DNA of 64,000 nucleotides, from positions 62,001-126,000 of the IMG/VR virus record IMGVR_UViG_3300046167_000825. One strand, 5' to 3'. The position numbers and the translations under genes were made by a program. The notes under the pieces were generated by a model, which was not told where the DNA came from, searched no databases, and was given only the letters and a program-made list of their open reading frames with translations. Positions 1 through 8,975 of this stretch are shown in pieces. Each line of letters opens with the position of its first letter. Within the stretch, counting starts at the first letter, position 1.

Positions 1-1121
1 AACACTTTTAGGGTTTTGGGGACAGTGGTATTGAGATTGCTGTTATTTAGAGTCATATTGGAAGCACCCACTGTGTTTTTGATGCTCCCCGTTGTGACTG
101 AGTTCGTGATTTTACCATTCCCTAAGATTCTTTGACGGAAAGACCCACCCGTCTTGATTGTTTTGGTTTGTCTCCCAGCGAGAATATTATATTCGTCTAT
201 GTTGGCAGTGGGGGATGGGATAGTTGTCGTGAGAGATGTTTCACGGAGAGGATAGTTGCTCGGCAAACCGTCCTTTGGCCCACTGAAAGAGGTCTGCTCT
301 TGTCCCGTCACAATCTTATTGACGGTCTTCGAGTTGACAGACACTTGGTCAGTGTTCACCTCGAAGGTGTCTTTAGGGGAAACAGCGAACTTGGAGAGTT
401 CAGTGAAGACCACACCATTGGTCGCTGAGAAAACAATGGATTCATTACTAGAAATCCCTACATTTCTAGTGCCTTGTATTAGAACGGACAGTGGCAGATT
501 GTCTGGATCATCGAACTGGGAGGGTTCATTGATAAGCCCCTCGCCTTTAATTTCGATTCCAGAATCTTGTGCAATGAGAGAAACCCCGACATTCTTTTCA
601 CCATTGCCTCCCGCTTGCACTTGGAAAGCACCCTCACTCTTTGAGAGGAAAGACACTTTCTGAGAGTTGCTCCCTAGTTCGATTTGAATACCACTCCCAA
701 AGCGAACTTCAGCAGCGAAGTCTTTATCGCCATTTCTTCGACCAGTGACATTGAGAAAGGCTCTCCCGTTTTTCCCTACTGCAAACATATACGGTGTGGG
801 ATCGATATTGGGTTTTTCGATAGGGGGTGTAATCCTCGTCAAATAAGCGAGATGCTCTGATATATCCTTTTTGGAGGCATCTATAAGTGTGGGTTTCGGA
901 AAGATTTTGGCTGTGAGAGGTTTCCCATAGAGGTCTGGGTCGCTCCTATCATTTGAGATGACCGTCCCCATAACTTGTTCAATGAAGGGCATTTCGGTTT
1001 CGGGATCAACGCCCACATCTGTCTGTTCTGACATTGGGAGTGTGCCATCACTCGTGTGAGTCAATTCAATGCGATGTTCGGTGAGGTTTTCTTCCAGTTC
1101 GTTGTTGATTCGGTAAAAGAT
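1..1121 (-). CDS. C-terminal continuation of the baseplate gene in a shifted frame (partial, runs off the window)
   Basis: Manual translation gives an uninterrupted frame from 1121 to the window edge (IFYRINNELEENLTEHRIELTHTSDG...NTTVPKTLKV). It is not in the ORF track because it has no stop. Confidence 0.7.
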   Translation of the reverse strand, partial: MFYRINNELEENLTEHRIELTHTSDGTLPMSEQTDVGVDPETEMPFIEQVMGTVISNDRSDPDLYGKPLTAKIFPKPTLIDASKKDISEHLAYLTRITPPIEKPNIDPTPYMFAVGKNGRAFLNVTGRRNGDKDFAAEVRFGSGIQIELGSNSQKVSFLSKSEGAFQVQAGGNGEKNVGVSLIAQDSGIEIKGEGLINEPSQFDDPDNLPLSVLIQGTRNVGISSNESIVFSATNGVVFTELSKFAVSPKDTFEVNTDQVSVNSKTVNKIVTGQEQTSFSGPKDGLPSNYPLRETSLTTTIPSPTANIDEYNILAGRQTKTIKTGGSFRQRILGNGKITNSVTTGSIKNTVGASNMTLNNSNLNTTVPKTLKV

Positions 1122-2014
1122 TTACCCCCATACACGGAAGGGTCATTATCGAAGGGATATACTTGGATGTAATCCTCATCAATCATCCCTAGACTTTGAA
1201 GGAACTTGAAGGGATTGAGATCCTCAGAGAACAAATCCGTGTTGAGATTCCCATCCCCATCAACTTCAAAGATGTCATTGGGAGTTAGAATCCCTAGTTC
1301 TGCCTCAGATTCTTGGAGAGCGAGAACTCTGAAGTCTGAGTCAAACAAACTGTACCCCGACCAATCATTACCATCAGAGAACATTTGAGTGGGGAGAGAG
1401 AAGGAATCCCTTTGGACAACACCACTGTAAGACCGAACCCCCGCTTGCACATTGAACAGATTGACACTTTGCGTGACAATACTTTGGTCGGCATCTCTTA
1501 TATGTATTTCATTGCCCCTTCTGTTTGTGAGAAGGACACTTTCGTCTAGGATTAAATCAGAACCAGAAGACGAACTAGCAAGGATATCCCCAGAGTTCAT
1601 AGAGCGTAGTTTATGGCGAACTCTGTTGTATGCCCCCTCAAAGAACTTAGCCCTCTCGTCATTCATGTCATATTGGTCTTGTTCAAAGGGTTGGGACATC
1701 ATCCAATCTTTCCCCATCGACAACCCAGCCCCAATCCAGTTCAGAACTACGGGTCTTTTTGAACCACCCTCCATTGTCCAACCAACGACAGCGAAGTCCC
1801 CAATCTGAGGCATACCCCCCAAAAACATCCTATTACCGATACAAGGGAAGGAGATGGGGATGGGTGTTCGATTAGACTCCGACCCGTTTTTAATACGGAG
1901 GAAGACATTCATATCCTCGTGGTTCACTTCAATCACTTCAGCAATTCGGATAGCCAAATAACCAATCGAATGGGGGTTTTCCGAATCATCTGCCGTTGGA
2001 TCATATTCTGACAT
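1061..2014 (-). CDS. Baseplate hub/spike protein (gp5/VgrG-like N-terminal OB fold), N-terminal part of a frameshifted gene
   Basis: N-terminus IRIAEVIEV...PIPISFPC...GGMPQIGDFAVVGW resembles a gp5/gpV OB fold. The protein-like sequence continues in the -1 frame after YGGK. Confidence 0.55.
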   Translation of the reverse strand: MSEYDPTADDSENPHSIGYLAIRIAEVIEVNHEDMNVFLRIKNGSESNRTPIPISFPCIGNRMFLGGMPQIGDFAVVGWTMEGGSKRPVVLNWIGAGLSMGKDWMMSQPFEQDQYDMNDERAKFFEGAYNRVRHKLRSMNSGDILASSSSGSDLILDESVLLTNRRGNEIHIRDADQSIVTQSVNLFNVQAGVRSYSGVVQRDSFSLPTQMFSDGNDWSGYSLFDSDFRVLALQESEAELGILTPNDIFEVDGDGNLNTDLFSEDLNPFKFLQSLGMIDEDYIQVYPFDNDPSVYGGKSFTESTTNWKKTSPNIALN

Positions 2015-2100
2015 CTTAACACCTCGTTTCGTTTATCCTTTTATTATTGAAAGACTATGACAGTGTATGTCAGCAATCTGAAATAATTAAGGAGTTCATC

Positions 2101-2253
2101 ATGGCTAATTTACCCATTTATCTCACATTACCGAGCAGTCGTAAAGGCAAAAAAACTACTGGAACACCTAAATCGGGCGTTACGGGTGCTGGAAACGGTG
2201 GGGCGAAAGAGTATCCTAATGCGGGAACGAAGATTATTCGTAACCGACTGTAG
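2101..2253 (+). CDS. Small basic G/K-rich protein
   Basis: AAGGAG RBS before ATG 2101 (MANLPIYL...). Confidence 0.5.
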   Translation: MANLPIYLTLPSSRKGKKTTGTPKSGVTGAGNGGAKEYPNAGTKIIRNRL

Positions 2254-2261
2254 GAATAGAT

Positions 2262-2531
2262 ATGTTCAGAAGAAGCATTGATTATCGTGTAGATGGCGAG
2301 GAGGTTCGTCTTTCTATCCGTGTGCATGATTTTATTGTAGAGGAACACTCTCTCAAAAAATCGGACTTCCCACAGTTTGTTGGAAGTGTCCCGACTGTTT
2401 GGGTTGGGGATAAAGTTTCTGTCAAAAAAGTCGGTGCTTCTTCTTTTCTTCGTATTCAGTGTGGGGATATCAGAAAGATATATCTCCTATCAGAACACGA
2501 GATTCTTTCTCTTTGCTACGAAATGAGGTAG
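2262..2531 (+). CDS. Hypothetical protein
   Basis: ORF tiles between its neighbours, with AGGA upstream. Confidence 0.55.
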   Translation: MFRRSIDYRVDGEEVRLSIRVHDFIVEEHSLKKSDFPQFVGSVPTVWVGDKVSVKKVGASSFLRIQCGDIRKIYLLSEHEILSLCYEMR

Positions 2532-2535
2532 TCGG

Positions 2536-3447
2536 ATGTCTTTTTCTAATCAAGATCGGATAAATCTCGTCACGAAATCCCTTGTCGCTGGTGTTTTGGA
2601 TGGGAACTCCCTCAGTCAGTGGTATGAAACCCTTTTCCCCTTCACCTTCATGGTGGAGTCTGGGAAGGTTTTGACCCAACTTGATACCATCAGACAACAC
2701 CCCGCTTCGACTATCCTAGAAGCCCAAAACAATGTAGCCCTCCACTTACAAGGCATAGTCGCAGATTATTCTTCTTTGAATACTGCCATTCGATTGACAG
2801 AGGTGACCGACAGCAACAAGACCACATGGGCTGCTTATTCGGTACATGGTGACACTACTTCTCCTATGCTAGACAACTGGATTCAACCACAGTTAGTTCC
2901 CCAAGCAACTGGAAACCCTTCCAACGGTTATGGGATTCTCTTGTGGGATGGTGACCCATCGGCTGGTGGCGAACTGTTGTCCACGACAATCTATATGACG
3001 GGTGTTGGTGCTTCTCGTAGTGTGGCGTGGTTTTGGAACTACTCCAATGGGTTACTGTTGATATCTGAAATGTTCATAGCAGCACGACCAGCCTTTGACC
3101 CTTACATCACGGGTTTTCGTTATATCGGAACATCCATAGGATCAGTTTCGACTGACATCGACATCCTCACCACAGAGATTGAGCAACTGAAAGCCAGTTT
3201 TGATTTGTTTAAGGTCGAGATAGAAACACAAGTGTTGGCTCTCAAGAACATAGTGGAAGGTATCACGGTCACTTCTCTTGGTTCGGGTGTTGAATTAGGT
3301 CAGATGGGTGGCGTAGGAGAAATCGAACTAAAGACCTTGAAGGGAGGTGACCATGTTTCTATCACAGAAGCCAACGGGGAAGTCACCATCACTGTAGAGG
3401 GTGGTTCAAGGACTGGCATGATAACTCGATTTGTGAGAGGAGGTTGA
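2536..3447 (+). CDS. Putative virion structural protein
   Basis: GAGGT RBS. C-terminal SLGSGVELG...LKTLKGG segment resembles the fibre linker motifs in 51906 and 54315. Confidence 0.45.
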   Translation: MSFSNQDRINLVTKSLVAGVLDGNSLSQWYETLFPFTFMVESGKVLTQLDTIRQHPASTILEAQNNVALHLQGIVADYSSLNTAIRLTEVTDSNKTTWAAYSVHGDTTSPMLDNWIQPQLVPQATGNPSNGYGILLWDGDPSAGGELLSTTIYMTGVGASRSVAWFWNYSNGLLLISEMFIAARPAFDPYITGFRYIGTSIGSVSTDIDILTTEIEQLKASFDLFKVEIETQVLALKNIVEGITVTSLGSGVELGQMGGVGEIELKTLKGGDHVSITEANGEVTITVEGGSRTGMITRFVRGG

Positions 3448-3448
3448 T

Positions 3449-5320
3449 ATGGCTATTGTCACTATCGGTAGACCAGCGTATTTCTTTGTTCTCTTTGTAG
3501 ATGAAGACCAAAACCCCGTTTCTGTTGTGGGGACAACCATCCATCTTTTTACTTTTGATGAAGATGCCGAACTCGTTCTTGAAGATGGAGTTATGACACC
3601 CACCAATGAGGTTGGGAAGTTTATGTATTCCTTCATGATCCCAGAAGACTGGAGTTACGATTCCAATCTCTATGCCCACATGAGAGGGACAGACGATAAG
3701 GGTCTTAAATATCTCACAGAGCAACAGTTCGACTTATGGAATGAAGACGGGACACCTTATCGTAAGCCACCCCCACCACCTCCTATGTCGCATTGGAACA
3801 CAGACGATGGTGGTAACGGTGCTGATGGATTTGCTTCCAATACCGATTTGGCTTTCCAAACAGCACGAGTTCCGACAGCAGACGGTGCTGATGGCAACCT
3901 AGTCCTCTCAGAGGCATGGGGGAATACCACTCAAGACAGAGTGACAAAGACTGGTGTGATCGAAATAGACACAGTCGGACACACGACTGGCTTCGGTGGG
4001 GATTCTCAGTTTGTAGTTCGGATTGAGAGTCTTAATCAAGTTTATGAAGAGGTTGTTTTCCCAGCAACGGGGGACATATCTCAGTTCTCTCCTAGTTCGG
4101 TGATACACTTCACCATCACTGATTTCCAAGATGACAATCAAGACCGCAAGAAAGCCTTCGCTAAAGTAGTCCTTGATTTGGATATGTTGGTGAACTCAGT
4201 GGGGAGATGGGGCAGTGTGTTCCGTGTCACGACAACGCACATCACAGACACGGTTTCAGATGGGGGTGGTTCGTATAGCCACACCATCAATACTTTTTAT
4301 TATGATTCCAATCCCGAAACGCCCTCTTTTGATCAAGTGCTTTTTGAGGAAAACCTCCGTGTAGTTCGTCATCTCTCTGGGATTGCGTATTACACCAATG
4401 ACACAGTGTTCCGAGTGACCGTCAAAGACATCAATCACCTCAATAATGCTTCGGCTAAGGCATCCAAGAATCTTACAGTAGAAGCAGTTAATATCGATCT
4501 ACCGAAGTTGGAACACTCCCCTTTTGGAGTTGGTGCGGGTTATTTTTCGAGTTGGGACTCGAAGGTCAATCGGAACTTCGTGGATTACCAAAAAAACGAT
4601 TGGAAAGTCCAAGAGCCGAACTACCGTGTGATTGATCAGAATATTTATGTGCAAGCACACGCTGATGACACATGGAACAATGGGGTCACAAAGATATCCC
4701 CGTCCCTCCCAGTTCTGATTGACACTTACGAACAGACCTCCACCCCTCAATACGATGGTTTCGATGATGAAATCCACCGAACAGAGAGTGATTATGTCAC
4801 TGTTTGGGATAGCCTCAATCATTTGAACTCTGGTCAAGCGTTGGTGCAAGGGGGCTTCTTACAGATACCTCACACAGATTGGTCGCCTTATCTTCCTCTC
4901 GACCCTTTACCGAATCCCGATTACACGGGGATTGGGCAAGGTGCTTCTTATTATAGGACATTTGAAGCGACAGATGACGGAACAATCTCTCACTCAAACC
5001 TAGAGATGAGTATTTTCGGTCAGTTCGTTAATGGTTTGGAACAAGACCTCATCAATGGTGACCTTCAGATTTTCATCCGTAAGAAAGTTTCTGAGTCGGG
5101 TGCATCTGGTGTGAACTCCCCTCCTTTAATGGTTCATGGCACAGCATATAATCACACTCTTTTTGATGATGGTGTCACCAACGGTCAGATTCGTGAGTTT
5201 GTTGTGGGGAACACCCTCTCTGTCACTTTTGGTGGGTATGCTGTTAAAGAGGGGGTGTATATGGAAATCCGTATCACCAACCCTCTAGTAAAAATAGACT
5301 CAATGTCCGTGAGTTTTTAG
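3449..5320 (+). CDS. Putative virion structural protein (beta-rich, Ig-like N-terminus)
   Basis: 623 aa, T/G/D/N-rich, GAGGAGG RBS, structural context. Confidence 0.45.
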   Translation: MAIVTIGRPAYFFVLFVDEDQNPVSVVGTTIHLFTFDEDAELVLEDGVMTPTNEVGKFMYSFMIPEDWSYDSNLYAHMRGTDDKGLKYLTEQQFDLWNEDGTPYRKPPPPPPMSHWNTDDGGNGADGFASNTDLAFQTARVPTADGADGNLVLSEAWGNTTQDRVTKTGVIEIDTVGHTTGFGGDSQFVVRIESLNQVYEEVVFPATGDISQFSPSSVIHFTITDFQDDNQDRKKAFAKVVLDLDMLVNSVGRWGSVFRVTTTHITDTVSDGGGSYSHTINTFYYDSNPETPSFDQVLFEENLRVVRHLSGIAYYTNDTVFRVTVKDINHLNNASAKASKNLTVEAVNIDLPKLEHSPFGVGAGYFSSWDSKVNRNFVDYQKNDWKVQEPNYRVIDQNIYVQAHADDTWNNGVTKISPSLPVLIDTYEQTSTPQYDGFDDEIHRTESDYVTVWDSLNHLNSGQALVQGGFLQIPHTDWSPYLPLDPLPNPDYTGIGQGASYYRTFEATDDGTISHSNLEMSIFGQFVNGLEQDLINGDLQIFIRKKVSESGASGVNSPPLMVHGTAYNHTLFDDGVTNGQIREFVVGNTLSVTFGGYAVKEGVYMEIRITNPLVKIDSMSVSF

Positions 5321-5330
5321 AGGAGGCTGC

Positions 5331-6341
5331 ATGTCTTTAGACGAGAAGATTAAAACGATTTTGAAAGAGTTGGGTGTGGATGTTTTTTTCCACACAGATC
5401 CTAAAACAAATACCACCGTTGGCAGTTTCGTATTGCCAAAGGAAAAAGCGAAAAAACAAACAAAGGATAACTTAATGTATGACTTAAAACTGAATGACAA
5501 ATATCTCATCCCTATCGAGAAGGGTCAAGCCGTAGGAAAGGGTTGGAAATCACGTTCTGGTTATAAACCAATGGGTGTCACATGGCATTGGACTGCTGGA
5601 TGGGATTTAGAACGAGGTTGTTCTAAGATTCTTGGTGGTGCTAACGCTTCTCGGAAAGGAAAGGCATCTGCTCACTTTGGTGTGGGTCGTTCTTTTGATG
5701 AAGGGATTGATAGATATGTCACCATCGAAAACCGTTCGTGGCACGCTGGTGCGAATCAGACACTTCGTTGGGATGGCAAGCCTTGTGTTATCAATGGTGT
5801 TCGATACAGTGGTGCTTCCTACTGTATTGGAATCGAAACTGTGAATGTAGGCTATGCTCGTAAAGGTGTGAAAGCCAAAGAGGATTGGAGTGAGTGTGCT
5901 TCAGCCAATGGGACAGAGTACAAGATACAGCCTTGGACAGAAGAACAGATTGAAATGATGATTGCTCTAGGGAAACATATCCAAGAGAAATGGAGTCATC
6001 TCACTTGGGAAGACCACCATGATCATCAAGATTTATGTGCTGGTTATAAGACAGACAGTATTGGTTTTCCTTTCGCTCGTGTTCTCAGAGGTGTTTATAA
6101 CGACCCTTCCATCCCAGATGTGTGGTCACCCTTCCTCACAAATGAACAACGCCAACAAGCCCTCATCGATCTAGGTTATGACTTGGGTAAATGGGGTGCA
6201 GATGGCGATTGGGGTCGTATGTCCGACTCGGCTCTACGGGATTTCCAAGAGTTACACGGAATGGTTGAAAACGGTATGTGGACGACTTTCGTGTCCAAAA
6301 AAGTTTATACTGCACTAGAGGAAAAGGGGTTGAAGAAGTAG
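5331..6341 (+). CDS. Endolysin: N-acetylmuramoyl-L-alanine amidase (Amidase_2) with C-terminal peptidoglycan-binding domain
   Basis: TWHWTAG, ASAHFGV, RSWHAG, IGIETVN and HDH motifs. C-terminal LGYDLGKWGADGDWG...ALRDFQELHG is PG_binding_1-like. Confidence 0.85.
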   Translation: MSLDEKIKTILKELGVDVFFHTDPKTNTTVGSFVLPKEKAKKQTKDNLMYDLKLNDKYLIPIEKGQAVGKGWKSRSGYKPMGVTWHWTAGWDLERGCSKILGGANASRKGKASAHFGVGRSFDEGIDRYVTIENRSWHAGANQTLRWDGKPCVINGVRYSGASYCIGIETVNVGYARKGVKAKEDWSECASANGTEYKIQPWTEEQIEMMIALGKHIQEKWSHLTWEDHHDHQDLCAGYKTDSIGFPFARVLRGVYNDPSIPDVWSPFLTNEQRQQALIDLGYDLGKWGADGDWGRMSDSALRDFQELHGMVENGMWTTFVSKKVYTALEEKGLKK

Positions 6342-6355
6342 GGTCTTTTCGTATA
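6327..6355 (+). promoter_or_regulatory. Variant of the bipartite promoter motif (GGGTTG-N15-TTCGTATA)
   Basis: Same spacing as the consensus, about 32 nt before ATG 6388. Confidence 0.45.
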
Positions 6356-6387
6356 TATAAAAAGGCACATATAATAGGAGAATACAA

Positions 6388-7107
6388 ATGACAAAAAAAG
6401 CCTCAAAATTAGAACCAGACCTTCAAAAGGATTTGCTAGACAAGCCTCTTCATTGTTTGGAGGGGGTTGACCTCGTGGGTCTAACAATGAATGACGGTAT
6501 TCATTTAATAGAGCAGATTGTAGGAGAGATCAACGGCTACCTTCATGGGTCAAGTCTAGCGAAAAACCTCGCTCGTCAAAAGATCAACCGTCAGAAGAAG
6601 TTGGCTAATCTTTCGATAATCTTCGATAAACAACTTGAAGTAGTTATTTTTGAAGATCCCTCTCAAGAAGAAAATACTCAAAAAGAAACTATTCAAAAAA
6701 AGACACCCAAACCCAAGAAACCCAAGAAGAAAAAAACCCCAACTCCAGCCCCAACTCTCATTGTAACTGAAGGCTTTGAAATAGAAGAAACCCCCGATTT
6801 GGATTCTTTGATTGTAGAAGCCACGAAAAGGAACATCCCTTTGAAGGGTATCCCCAAAACAGTAGATGCCATTCGGGATCACATTAAGAAAGTTGTATTG
6901 GAAAGGGACGCAGAGTTACCCATAATTAAACCATCAAAACCCAGACCAACTCGTGTGGTTTCCATGACCCCCAACAAAGAAAAGAAACAATCTCGATTGT
7001 CTAAGTTGGTGGATTTGGCAAAAACAAGAGACTTAGAGGAACTTGAACAGTATGCCTCAAAGACACTGGGAGTAGAGGACACCGATGACAGCCAAGACAG
7101 ATTTTGA
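6388..7107 (+). CDS. Hypothetical protein with K/P-rich linker
   Basis: AGGAG RBS, 239 aa ORF. Confidence 0.65.
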   Translation: MTKKASKLEPDLQKDLLDKPLHCLEGVDLVGLTMNDGIHLIEQIVGEINGYLHGSSLAKNLARQKINRQKKLANLSIIFDKQLEVVIFEDPSQEENTQKETIQKKTPKPKKPKKKKTPTPAPTLIVTEGFEIEETPDLDSLIVEATKRNIPLKGIPKTVDAIRDHIKKVVLERDAELPIIKPSKPRPTRVVSMTPNKEKKQSRLSKLVDLAKTRDLEELEQYASKTLGVEDTDDSQDRF

Positions 7108-7339
7108 AAACTTTTTGAATACCGTACTCGGTGTTCTATGTGAATATCCAGAGCGATGTGTAATTGATATCCATTCCTCTTCCCAATCCTCTTTTCTAGT
7201 GTCTATTAAAGTAGACCCCTCAGATTATGGGAAAGTGATAGGGCAAGGTGGTGAGATAGCGAAAGCAATACGAACCATCATTCGAGCGTATGCTGGGAAG
7301 CACCGTGTCAAGTTTCTATTTGAAATAGGTTCATTATGA
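7085..7339 (+). CDS. khpA: Single-KH-domain RNA-binding protein (KhpA/YlqC-like)
   Basis: VDPSDYGKVIGQGGEIAKAIRTII matches the KhpA GxVIGxxG...IRT signature, and 84 aa is typical. Confidence 0.8.
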   Translation: MTAKTDFENFLNTVLGVLCEYPERCVIDIHSSSQSSFLVSIKVDPSDYGKVIGQGGEIAKAIRTIIRAYAGKHRVKFLFEIGSL

Positions 7340-7629
7340 ACTGGTGGTATTCGGGAACAAAAACCAAACGAAATGCTCTTCAAACATTGTCAGATCAGCA
7401 CATCCTAGAGTTCATCCAACAACATGAACTTGCTCGGAAAGACTTTGACGAGGCTTTCGCTGCTTGTTCCCTTGAGCGACAGTACTACCTCCAAGAGTTA
7501 TTGGATATCACTTCCAAGAGGGATAAAAGTCCCGTTATGGATGCCGTTCAAAAAGCAGATAAGATTCAAAAGAGGGGCAATCGTTTGGCGTACTTTCATG
7601 GGAAACCTCGAAAGAAAAGGAGTTCGTAA
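7336..7629 (+). CDS. Hypothetical protein
   Basis: Overlaps neighbours at ATGA and TAATG junctions. Confidence 0.6.
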   Translation: MNWWYSGTKTKRNALQTLSDQHILEFIQQHELARKDFDEAFAACSLERQYYLQELLDITSKRDKSPVMDAVQKADKIQKRGNRLAYFHGKPRKKRSS

Positions 7630-7955
7630 TGGAAAAGTTGCCCTTATCCTCAAAAAAGTTTTTAGCCTATCTTCTAGCAGACATCGGCTGGAAGATGATT
7701 ATCGGTGTCTTAATTTACAAGAATTGTGAAGGCAATAATCAAGTGCTATTATTATCAATAGTGGGTATATCGGGTTTCGTACAAACTGGGTATATTCTAG
7801 GGCAAGCCGCATTAGATCGGTATGTTCGTATCGCTCAAATAACTGCAAAATCTATACAAGGAGAGAATCATGTATCTACCAAAAATAACCAACAATCAGA
7901 ACAAGAACAAAGCCACGAAAACTCTGCCGAAATTGGCTCAACCGAGCAAGAGTAG
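7629..7955 (+). CDS. Small two-TM membrane protein (holin candidate)
   Basis: Two hydrophobic segments and a charged C-terminus, 1.3 kb from the endolysin. Confidence 0.4.
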   Translation: MEKLPLSSKKFLAYLLADIGWKMIIGVLIYKNCEGNNQVLLLSIVGISGFVQTGYILGQAALDRYVRIAQITAKSIQGENHVSTKNNQQSEQEQSHENSAEIGSTEQE

Positions 7956-8325
7956 GGAGATTCTTGAGACAAACAGTATCCCAGCCTTCTCTGAAAGACG
8001 TTTGAACGCCAAACATCGTAAAGGTATTTTGGTGAAGACCCCAGCCACACAAAAAACGACCACAGAGACCGTTGTGGTGGATAAGCCTAGAACACCCGTA
8101 AAGAGTGTGGAAGAAGCCCTAGAACTCACCACAGCCCCCACAGAAGTTGTAGAAGAAGTTGTAGAAGAAGTTGTTGCTGTTGAGACCGAGGCTAGTGAAG
8201 AAACCGTAGATTTGGAGTCTTTGACGAAGAAGCAACTAATTGAAGTGGCGAAGGTAGAAAAGGTGACTTACAAGAATCTGACCAAAGCCGAGTTGTTGGA
8301 AGCACTTTATATTGTAATGGCATAA
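7870..8325 (+). CDS. Protein with C-terminal Rho_N/HeH-like nucleic-acid-binding domain
   Basis: DLESLTKKQLIEVAK...NLTKAELLEAL. Confidence 0.6.
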   Translation: MYLPKITNNQNKNKATKTLPKLAQPSKSREILETNSIPAFSERRLNAKHRKGILVKTPATQKTTTETVVVDKPRTPVKSVEEALELTTAPTEVVEEVVEEVVAVETEASEETVDLESLTKKQLIEVAKVEKVTYKNLTKAELLEALYIVMA

Positions 8326-8336
8326 GGGGGGCGACT

Positions 8337-8900
8337 ATGAGTGATAAGAATAGATTTGGTGGTTTGAACCCAAAGGGCTTATATGTTCCTATGTCAGATG
8401 TTGAGCAAGAAACCTTAATGGTGCTTTCCCAACGTCAAGCCTTCCGTGTTCATATCGTGGATTGGGGTTGGCACAACGCCCCCCAGATTATTGTGGGTGA
8501 TCATCGTCTTTCGATCCAGTTCACGATGACCTTCAATAAGCCCGAAGTCCCACAGCCGTGCTATTACTTTGATTTACAGTTGTATGCTGCGGGCATTAAA
8601 GTATTTCAAGAGAGGCAAGCATTGGTGTATGGAGGGCAACCTCAAATGATAGGGGCTGGCTTACAAATAACACTCGCTTGGGATATTGCTATTGCACATA
8701 TTGATCCTAAACTTGTGAAAGCAGTCACGGGTGCGACTGGTCTGACTTCTCGATTGCAAGATAAAGACACGGGTGCTATGACACTATTCGGGAATATGTC
8801 CTTGTCAAACTCCGACCGAGAAGCGATGGTGAAGATGCGTCACTCTGAAAGCCTCATCCGTTTGGATAATCAGAACTCCGTGAAAAAGTTTAAGAAATAA
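8337..8900 (+). CDS. Hypothetical protein
   Basis: 187 aa ORF with purine-rich RBS. Confidence 0.65.
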   Translation: MSDKNRFGGLNPKGLYVPMSDVEQETLMVLSQRQAFRVHIVDWGWHNAPQIIVGDHRLSIQFTMTFNKPEVPQPCYYFDLQLYAAGIKVFQERQALVYGGQPQMIGAGLQITLAWDIAIAHIDPKLVKAVTGATGLTSRLQDKDTGAMTLFGNMSLSNSDREAMVKMRHSESLIRLDNQNSVKKFKK

Positions 8901-8913
8901 ACTTTGCCATTTG

Positions 8914-8942
8914 GGATCGTTTCCAAACTCAACCTCCGTATA
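8914..8942 (+). promoter_or_regulatory. Bipartite promoter motif GGATCG-N15-TCCGTATA
   Basis: Exact consensus, 33 nt before ATG 8976. Confidence 0.75.
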
Positions 8943-8975
8943 TAAAACAGACCAGTTATATACGGAGGTTTTTTT
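8931..8975 (+). terminator. 15-bp perfect inverted repeat plus U-tract that contains the promoter -10 element and the downstream RBS
   Basis: aacctccgtatataa (8931-8945) / ttatatacggaggtt (8956-8970), followed by T-run. Confidence 0.75.

Noticed and set aside
132-663. Plus-strand ORFs 132..428 and 256..663
   Set aside because: Shadows of the open minus-strand baseplate frame, with no RBS or motifs
3762-3790. Poly-proline run in ORF 3449
   Set aside because: An ordinary interdomain linker
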